A stretch of 61,236 bases of DNA, counting the filler, from Platydemus manokwari (lineage: Eukaryota), in assembly GCA_037951405.1 (NCBI GenBank). It is 5 parts of 5 records of this genome, joined end to end, with 100 filler letters (N's around TTAATTAATTAA, not from the genome) between each part and the next. Parts side by side here need not be neighbours in the genome. Positions count along the whole stretch, not along the records: positions 43,243 to 61,236 come from JBBMOY010622214.1; 4 more parts are not named here. One strand, written 5' to 3'. The position numbers and the translations under genes are program-made. Within the stretch, counting starts at the first letter, position 1. Every line of letters starts with the position of its first letter. This document shows positions 51,481 through 61,236 of the stretch, in pieces. The notes below the pieces were generated by a model. The model was given only the letters and a program-made list of their open reading frames with translations. It was not told the DNA's origin and ran no database searches.

Positions 51481-53911
51481 TAGCATATGGCACTGCGATA
51501 ATGAAAATCCAAATAACTAACTCTGTTGACTTGCAATTCATTTATATGATACTCCGACTAAAGGAAGTAATTCTGTTGATAACAATTAGAATATACTTAA
51601 AATGTTTGATATAAATATCCAAGCACGCAATGTGGTAATATTGTTGAGCTCCTAATTCGATTAGAAAAATATTTCCAACTTTTTGGCATCGTTCCAAATA
51701 CCGTTAGTATCACAGCAAAAATTTCTTAACTGAGTCCATAAATTGACCGAGTCTTGTCTCAATCATTATATTAGAGTAAATTAATAGAAGAACAAGTCGG
51801 AAAATATTAATGAACAAAAATCTTTGTTTTCTTTACCGATATATTAAATAGCAAAAGTAAGATCAATAGAACTAAACCTTCTAAATTTAGAATCGTAATA
51901 ATAAATAAAATAAGTTATTAACAAATATCAAAATTATTATTAAGAAAAAAACAAGGAGAACATAGGTATTCAAATAAAGGTCATGGTTGTGATGGCCTCT
52001 TTTACATAATTTAATTACCACAGACCAGCCAAACGACTCTCAAGATTTTAAATAAGAAATTCTTTTCCAATCACCAGAAATTGTCAAGCACATACAGCTG
52101 GAAGCGTTAAAATAACTGAAAGTTGAAATCATTCATCCTTGGTCCGGGTATCATTGCGAAAATATCAATATTCAATGATAAGAAGATCTCAGCGATTTCA
52201 ATTCATTTTTCTGATTTCAGTTATTCCATTATCCCAATTCTTACTATGTATCCGACAACTAAATATCTTACATTTATCGATCAAACAGGGTTATTTCCAA
52301 TTCCACTCTAATATATTTAAATGATAGCTTGTGCTGGGTTGTTATGTGGCACCTATTGGAGTCTTTCTGAGCATATAGTTCTGGAAATGTTTATAAAATC
52401 AATGAATTTTTATTGTGTACAATCAATTTTATCATTTTAATCTTTCGTTTTATTATCATTTGATACTTTTTTTTATTAACAAGTAATAGCTTTGTATTAA
52501 CCGATAACTGTGTCCACTTCTACTTATTCTAATCTGATCCATTATATATATATATCGAATCAGATGTAAAAACTGCTCTCCTCATTAAATGTTGATAAGT
52601 AGTATATTTATGATAATCTAACGGTTAAAAAGCCGAGGATTTCGTTAATCATAACCTACAGAACTTAAAAATACGATATATTTGGTTAATTACACGAGTG
52701 ATATAACACTGAAGCAATATAATTTTAATTGAATGTTCCGGTGGAGAATTAGATCTTGCTTAACAAAGCTGGAAATCATTATTTATCCAACGGTATGATA
52801 GGTTCTTCGATTTGAATAATAATTCGAAATAAAAATTTCAAAAAATTTGCTCACAATTGGAATATCAACAATAAAATCAAGTGTCATTAAATTAATGTTT
52901 CAAAATCAATAAACTATAATCAAAATTTCGGGTAAGTGCCTTGTGTATTTTGATAATTAGAAATTGTTGATATTTTTCAAACGCCAAATACATATTTTAT
53001 GGCAACAATATACTTTATCTGGCATTTATTACTTGTTACTATTTTTAGTAACAAATGTGATTATTTTTACTTACCATTTTATTAACCACCTTGCCTTCTG
53101 TTTTTACTTCATCTCAGTCATAGATGCTGAATTTAAGTATCTTGAAATAAAATTACCTCACAAAATAATTCATCATTTTCGATCTGAATGACTCTAATTT
53201 TCAGTTAATTACATGTCAGTTGTCTCCATTTTCAAATTCAACATACTATTTAACCATCGAATGGAGATTAAAGTATTCCAATTAATTATTACAAGCTGCT
53301 CAGAAATATTTAAGCTAAGGATAAAATTATTATCGATTTAAGAGTCAATTTTATTGACAAAACTTTTCCGATATTTGTTGGAAACAGATTTAAATAGTGT
53401 TTTTCGATGTAAAATTTTGAAATCGTAGCGATATATTTGGAAAACTATTATTTTAAAATACACTTCTTCACTGCACACTTTCATGATAACGAAATCACAA
53501 AACAGTTTGTATAAAATGCTATTGATTGAAAATAAAATTCTTTTTCTCATTCATTAGTATCAGTTATCGCCTTGGATCTGCAAATAGTTTTTTATAATCC
53601 ATCATGAATTCAAATCAATTGACATTATGTATCTCACTTCGGGTTGAGTTTGCAATACAAATTACTAGGTGAGATATCGTTCATGGTAATTTATTATTAA
53701 TGATAATAATAATTTTAATAAAATTAATAATAATACTCAGAAAGTTTATAATAGAGTTTTAAATAAATTAGAAATTCTGACGAAATTCAAATTAGGTGAG
53801 CATAGAGTGATTGAAGCAGTTAAAACAAATAATAAAACGGTTTTTTTTATTCGAAAATAAAATGTATTGTGATAAACATGCCATTTCTCTAATAGATAAA
53901 TCGATAATTAT

Positions 53912-54799
53912 TTAGTCGTGGTGTACAGTTATTTGGGTCTTGGTGAAATCCGCTTGTTTATAAGGAGCCTCAATTAACAAGATTCCATTGCCCATGAGAG
54001 TTGCCTTGAGCTGATCAGAATCGACATTGTAAGGAAGATCATGTTCATCAGAAAACTCTTTAACATTACTGTAACCATTTGTCCCATTCTCTTCATGTTT
54101 TGCATTTATAGTCACACGTGTTCCTTTCGTTCTTATAACCAATTCTTCTGGTTTGTAAATTGGATCAATGATAATTTCTTCTGAAAATTTGTTGGTTTTT
54201 TCCGATAATTGAATTGGTGATCGGAACGAATTACGAAGATTAACCATCGAACCACCGAATGAACTAAAATTACCACTAAGAGGTCTTGGACTAATACAAT
54301 TGGTATTAACGGATGAAGAGTACACTGGGGTCGATAGTTGTGGATTGCTCATATTGAAGTTCACATGAAGAGGCGAGTTTTTATGAATAGAAATTGGTCT
54401 TCGAATTGGAGGATAAAGAGTAGAATACGATTGAGGAAGAGTTGGTATTCTTATTTCCAAAAGACCATTCTCATTATAAATTGATTTTAATTCTCGTTTC
54501 ATATCGATATTATTCGGTAGACTAATTTCTTTTTTAAATTCCGTGTATTGCGATTCTTCTGAATTGCCATGAACACCATGTTTGGATTCAGATTTCGATT
54601 TTTTGGCTTCTATCGTTAACATGGTACCGTTTTGTTCGATTCGAATATCAGACGGGGAGAAGTTGTCAACATCAACCGTACAGACATAATCGACATCTCC
54701 ATTTGATGATTTTTCATATTTAGCAGGCAATGATCGATCGACCTTGTATGTCGGTAAAGGCAGAGTTGAGAATTTATCGAATTCAAAATTTCTATTCAT
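53912..54799 (-). CDS. Small heat shock protein with two alpha-crystallin domains (flatworm p40/major-egg-antigen-like), intronless, 295 aa from the first ATG
   Basis: Domain 1: VDVDNFSPSDIRI....LTIEAK...EFKKEISLP......LKS...NGLLEIRIP. Domain 2: YKPEELVI.....VTINAKHEE....EFSDEHDLP..VD...LKATL...GILLIEAP. The track start at 54850 is a GTG with an in-frame TAA upstream. Confidence 0.93.
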   Translation of the reverse strand: MNRNFEFDKFSTLPLPTYKVDRSLPAKYEKSSNGDVDYVCTVDVDNFSPSDIRIEQNGTMLTIEAKKSKSESKHGVHGNSEESQYTEFKKEISLPNNIDMKRELKSIYNENGLLEIRIPTLPQSYSTLYPPIRRPISIHKNSPLHVNFNMSNPQLSTPVYSSSVNTNCISPRPLSGNFSSFGGSMVNLRNSFRSPIQLSEKTNKFSEEIIIDPIYKPEELVIRTKGTRVTINAKHEENGTNGYSNVKEFSDEHDLPYNVDSDQLKATLMGNGILLIEAPYKQADFTKTQITVHHD

Positions 54800-55370
54800 T
54801 TTTCTTCGTAATTGGCTCTTCGGCCAAAGGCGCTCCGATATATAGTTCACACATTTCGCATTGACATCAACGAAAATTTAGAGCATGCAGCTAATTGATG
54901 TATTTGGTTCGCACATGCCATATTAAAATGAAATGAAATAAATATCAATTTTACTACAATAAGAATGCAGATAATTTTATTACATATGTGCATTATAATG
55001 ATAGTGATTACGTCGCGGAAGTGATTCATCTCGGTTCGTTGGAAAAGATGGAAAATGTGTGCTGTTATTTCGGAAATAACCTGGCGATGTTCTAATTTAC
55101 AAACTCGAAAGTAGAATGATTTTGGGAGCTATCGTTTGTGTATTGTTGTACAAGTTTGTTTTTAAGGGAAAAATAGGAAAAAAATAAAGAAATTCGGCGA
55201 AGAAAATCTATTTTAACAATGAAATAGTTACATCTTAAAATATCCATTTGAAATATTAAGAATAAAAATTATGAGAATCATTAGAAATAGGAGAAAATTA
55301 ATGAAATCCTGCATGTAGTTGAATGGATTAAAATTTTTGTTTAATAAGGTATTTAATAGTAATTTAAATC

Positions 55371-55415
<45 letters not shown>

Positions 55416-55428
55416 TAATAATAATAAT
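55371..55428. repeat. (AAT)n microsatellite with one interruption
   Basis: Direct reading. Confidence 0.95.
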
Positions 55429-58400
55429 TTTAATACCAACTAATTGGCTTTAGAATTGTTATCATATTATATGTGTATAGATGATTTGTTTACATTTAAA
55501 TGCCCCTCTGTGAGAATTACTAGCTACAGATACCAAATGATTTTCTTGTTTTTTAAAACTCATCCAAGTAAATCTTAGCAGAGTTCCTCTTTAAATCTTA
55601 TTCGACTAGCCACATTCTCTTAAGTAACAATGAATATTTATACACATTAAAATGATCGAATTATAGGCTTGATTATATCATAACTTACTCAATTGTTCTC
55701 CATTACTAATGACAACCAAAACAACTGACGCTTAAATATTTGAGAGTATTCATATAAAATTTCTTATCTTACTTACAATGAAAAAAATCCCCACAAAAAA
55801 TTACTGACAGACCTCTGTGTTACATTAATCATATGACTGGTATTTTGGTTTTGAATTTCAAAATGAATTTGAAATTAATTTTGTGAAGGATATACTGATA
55901 TGAGATCGAAACGCTATATTACTGGTGAATATGAATAATATAACCTTGAGTTTGAATCTACCAATGAGAAATTATATAATAGGCGATTCGAGGATTTAGT
56001 GGAAAGAACTGTGAAACTAGTCGAACGATGTAAGTTTCATTGAAGCAGACATAGTTTCAACTAGTAATATAATATAATCATTATTATTACCACCAATGGT
56101 CTTTGTAGATGATATCAGTTAAAATAATAAATTTCAGCTGGTACTTTTGACGATTCTAAAAATGTCCAAAAAGATACGTTTAAAACTTTTATTTCCATGT
56201 TATGAATAAAATGTGATTCATCTTTTTGTGAATATCTGTGACAGCTTTTGAAAACCTTATCGAATCTATTAGTGAAGCCGAGAATTTTGTGAATGAATCT
56301 ATTAATAAAATTAAACCGCACATTTTAATTTAGGAAAATCAAGAATTGAAGATCGTTGATTGTTTGAAATGATAATCGACACAGAATACTGGAATACATA
56401 TTGATGTAATTCTCTTTGCGGTATAACTAAATGTATTATTGATTTTTCAGTCTAAAACCTTTCTAAAAATCCTTATAATGTACTTTTAGAGCGTAAATTA
56501 TTACTTCAAGGATTATGAAGGGATACTGATCGGATCTTCGGTAATTGCAACTTATTGTCAAACTGGTAGAGAGGTTTCGTTGCCCTTCCAACTAAATATT
56601 ATTGAACATAACCTTCAATGCTTTACTTAATGATTCACTTTGAACTCCATGGCCATTTATGCCATAATTTGATCACAACTTCTTTGCTTTTTATATATAT
56701 AATTAAAATATTAATTATATTATCTTATTATCCTTTTTGATCAAAGTTTGAGATATTATCTAATTGAGCTGCTGTGATCCATCGAAACAGCAGCTAAATT
56801 TTCAATATCCCCGTGCGGCTTTTCTATCAACCAAATTGGAAGAGTGAGCTCTAATAATGTTTCATAATTTATTGATAATCATGATTTTTTAAAGTTTATT
56901 AGCAGTTCCAGCCGCCATATATATACTAATCCTGGATTTCTAATTATTTGGTCTATCATTGGACAATTTCCTTTAATAACTACGTTAAGGAATATCTATT
57001 TTTGAAGATATTTCAATTCCATGTTCCTGATCCGAAAAATTGACTGGATCGATACAGGAGTAAAACTGGATCTTTTGAAGATTTTTTGAAATCTTTGAAA
57101 TCAAGAACATTCTAACGTCCATGAAATAATAAGATAATTATTAGAAATATTAAAATAAACAAAATGCAAACCAATGAAAAAACAGTTATATAAAATAGGA
57201 TCTTGGACCAAAACTAATAAGAAAAAATCAACAAAAAATATATTTTTTTCAACTAATTAGAATAACAGCTATCGATAATATCCTTTCTAATAAAATTTTG
57301 TTTAATTATGTGTTGGGTAGGTCTCATAAACAACCCAGATGTTCACGGGAACATGATGCAGTGCGGTTCAAATAAACAACCAACCAGAAACAAAATTATA
57401 TGTAAAAAAATAGCTGTATAAAGGAACACAAAATACAGGAAATTTCACAAAAGTTTCTGCAAATAGTAAGAAGGAGCTTTGTAATAGAGACATGAATAAT
57501 TTTTATTTATTATTATTAACTATAACTAATGATAATATTTGCCCGAAAGGGAATCATTAAGTCATAAATTTCCCGTATCAAAGTTCTCAAAGAATATTTT
57601 AGAGCTTTTTAGCTTATTTCAGCAGATCTCTTTTATTACCAGAGTTCAGTGGCAATAATTCCCAATATTGGTTTTGTAAATTATCTTCAGGTCATGCCAA
57701 TGTAATAATTATAAAATCAGTAAAAGTTAAAATCATCTCGTGTAATCATTATTATTGTATAATTGTTCAGAAAATGTTATTGATTAAATAAACATTATTG
57801 ACTTCGATTATTTTATTACATATCTATATAACTCGAATTTACACACACAACATTTGCTTCGGCATTATAACGAGTCAGATATTGGTGGAATTTACTATCA
57901 CATATATAATCGAATTCCATCAGTACATAATATTTTTTTCAAACAACTCACATTGTTTATAAGTACTAAAATTGAAAATTTATTATTGGATATGATTAAA
58001 TAATTTTTTTCTAAAAAACACTTGTTAGGCAGGCCATAAAAACAAACAAAACGATTAGATTAACCATGGGAATTACCCTTAAAGGATTGATACGTACAGA
58101 TTTAATAAAGCACGTGCCAATAGCCAATCAGATTTCCTCTACATATCAATCCGTAGTTAGAAATCAATAATTGACTGGCGAATACCAACAAATTGTAAGA
58201 AACACCGATATTTTGCCAGTGGCACGAGATATGTAAGAAAAATTGCTAACATGTCGATGTAATTACAAATTTATCAAATGAGAAAAAAGCTCTGGGCCAT
58301 TAAGTGCATACATGCAATAAACCTGTAGAAGAATTTGGATATTACGATAAACTACCTGTCTCTATTGGTCAGTAACTCTCATTCTGTTCTTTGACATTTA

Positions 58401-61236
58401 TATGACTTTTCTGCAGTTAGCCTTATTGGTTGTCTTCTGTTCTGTATTCAATTTTCTGGAGCTAATCCCGTCTTGAGTGATAATTTACTATTGTATTGTA
58501 TTACGATTTTAATTGCATCTACCGACGAATCAAAATTGTAATTCGTTGTAGTTTAAATTATAAATTTCAGATTTCATTGTTAGTTCGTACCTAACATACG
58601 TAAGTACAGAAATTAAACCGCTGATTTGAAAATTTTCAATTATTTTAATAGGGGATTAAATGTGAAAGCAAACAAGTTTAAAAGCGCATATTATTATTTG
58701 TTTTATATTTAGCTTTTATGGAAATAAGAATAAAATAAAATAACAAAAGGCCATGGCATGACAAGAACGTTTTATAGTAAGCGATGATTAACCACTTAAA
58801 AATCAAAATAAATTTATAGAAAGGCATGGCACCAGAGATTGATCGAATTTTAATACATTAATAGCCAAAAATACACAAAACCACTACTTAGAAAAATACT
58901 TACACACTCAAGTACAGAAGACAATAGACAAGTTTTTATAAGTCATTCGATAGGTGAACTACTGAATCAATAGATCCTTATCAGAGATGATCGCATTTAA
59001 TCGAGCTTCACTATGATTGGCTGATTCCTATGCCAGTATAGCTGTGTAGGATGTGTAGAATAAGGATCTGACAATATATTTTTTTTGATTTTTCATATTT
59101 TTTCAAGAATTAAAATAATCGTATTCACTTATAATTTCTTTGGACAATGATGAAAGATAAATTTGATATTTTATTTAACATTAACAAAGAGAGCATCTTT
59201 TCCATTGGTACAAAAGAGGTAACTGTTAAAGATTTTCATAGTTTATATAAGATTTTCGATAATTCAAATTTAAAGGACGAATCTATAATTTGTGAAAATA
59301 TATTGATTAATTCGTATATTTATATCAGAAGGGTTTATTTAAAAATATTTAACTTATATGGACACCAACAGAAAAGATTGTTGCTCTAAAATTTAGAGTC
59401 TAGATAAATCTTAGGTTGATAATAATTAAAGGTAGTATTTATAATATGAAATAAAAAAAATATGACAGTGCAAATCTATAAAATATATTTGATTAATTAA
59501 GATCAAATTCACAAATCTAGAAGATGCTATTGTTTAAGCACAGGAACCTCAAGATTAAAGTAGATGACGTGCCACTTAGGTGCTCGGACAAGCCTTTCTA
59601 ACAAAAAGAATGTGGGGAAACACGTATAAGCTTCTTATGAATTTTACAAGGCCGATTGTCTGGAGTTAATTATTATAACATTAAAAATTTACTCATTACT
59701 TCGACCAACAAAATAAATTGGCAACTTCTTCAAAATTAGTAAAACAAATTGATAACTTCGTAGATAAATTTTTTCGATGCTATAATAAATTCGTGTTTGA
59801 ACAAAAAAAATCGTCAATTAGAAATATGCTTGTAGAAAATGTTCGCTTAATGATTATTGTAGTTTGTTTATATATTATTTCAAATCCTGTAATGTTTGCG
59901 TGTTCTATGTGTCACGTCACTATAAATAGTAAGATTTTATTCTTAGTATCATATGTTACTATTTTTGCTGTATATTATAAACATGTTACTATTTTTAGCT
60001 TATGTAGTTATTTTTAGTAGCTTTTGCTGTTATTCTATTTTTGGACATAATACAATTTCTATTTTTAGGTTTTGAGACAATTTCTTCTAATGACCTTGAC
60101 ATCGATTGATTTTGATGTTATAAAACAAATTTAAAAATTTACTATGGATAATTCTTTCGACAAATTTAATTTTGAGTTCATTTTATTTGAAAAATGTTGT
60201 CCTTATTATTTATAATTACTTACTTGCTCAGTTGGTTCGGAAATAGCCCTCATTATTCCTCGCATAACAATTGAATATATTAATAATTTAAACAAATAGA
60301 AAAGGATAAGTCTAAAATCATTTTATCTCTTCAATAATCCTTCTAATAGTCTCCATATTATTACAGAAGCCTTATGCTAGGATCTAAATATAATCAGCGG
60401 TAAGAGAAACAATATATTAACACTAATCTAATATATAAATGGAAAATGATGTAGATAATCTAAATATATATAATTTCGATATCATATAATAAATTAAACT
60501 GCTCAACTAATATAATAATACTATTGATTTTGTTATTCATCGAGAAATAACAAAAGATTGAAATTCAAACTACAACGAAACATTTAAATCTTCTACAAGA
60601 TATTATTAAATTAAAAATTTCCACATAGAGAATCCCTGAAATATTAGACCAAAAACGATAGAATTTTTCCTTTGATTTATTATCAGTCATCTGTTACTTT
60701 CGTGACCTTGTGGGTATTTTAAATAAATAGTTCTCAAATCTCAAAGCACGTTCCATTTATATATTTTTGATATCACCCTATCATTTATTTCGGTAATCAA
60801 AATTATTACTTTCGTTGCAGTATCAGGACCACAGCATTAGTAAAATTGAATTCAATCACTGCTTTATAACTTCACTATATCTTCTTTATACATTTTCTAT
60901 ATCTTCTCGTAATCTTCCTTCTTCTCTTCTACAATTTTTTCATAGCCATTATCAGAATGAAATCCAAACACATGATAGCCATGCAAGCCGATGGTATTTT
61001 ATTAAGCACACATTAGAAACTAATTAAAAAGTCACAACACAAAATTATATAAAGCTTTACTCATAAGTCGGGACACCAATTTGCCTTTTGATTATTTTAA
61101 ATATTAGAGATTTATTTTCAAAACTAAATATATATTTGAAATGTACAAAGCAAACACTACAAACTATGTTATAATTGTATCCCCTCAATTCCTTTATATC
61201 CTATATCACGAAGATTTTTTAAACCCTTGTCCATAA

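Noticed and set aside
54847-55029. 60-aa ORF just upstream of the sHSP (uORF or coupled gene)
   Set aside because: The apparent stop/start overlap depends on a GTG start. The real ATG is 48 nt further on, and short ORFs of this kind arise by chance.
52020-57120. Possible LINE endonuclease (~52150-52290) and RT (~56300-57100) remnants on the minus strand
   Set aside because: No intact catalytic motifs (ET, SDH, YADD) visible.

Overview
AT-rich eukaryotic genomic DNA, most likely a free-living flatworm (triclad planarian). This is inferred from the 41-61 nt GT-AG introns, (ATT)n microsatellites, a double alpha-crystallin p40-type sHSP and a flatworm-style C-type lectin. The window is not contiguous: five segments (1-9456, 9557-23643, 23744-32909, 33010-43142, 43243-61236) are joined by four identical artificial 100-nt linkers (N44-TTAATTAATTAA-N44), so adjacency across linkers is unsupported. 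Recognisable host genes are a complete 6-exon POLR1B/RPA2, the first two exons of NALCN head-to-head with a compact CoREST-like (ELM2-SANT-SANT) gene, a UBAP2L/lingerer-like gene, a two-domain small heat-shock protein, a secreted C-type lectin, a 309-aa orphan and the 3' end of a probable surface protein. The rest is mobile-element debris. It includes a decayed Polinton/Maverick protein-primed PolB convergent with a giant-virus-type HNH-like endonuclease (the most interesting item), a TIR-bounded internally deleted Tc1/mariner element, Ty3/gypsy remnants, candidate solo LTRs and simple repeats. No CRISPR, rRNA or tRNA was recognised, and I found no intact novel multi-gene system. Family assignments rest on motifs recalled from memory, not on database searches.
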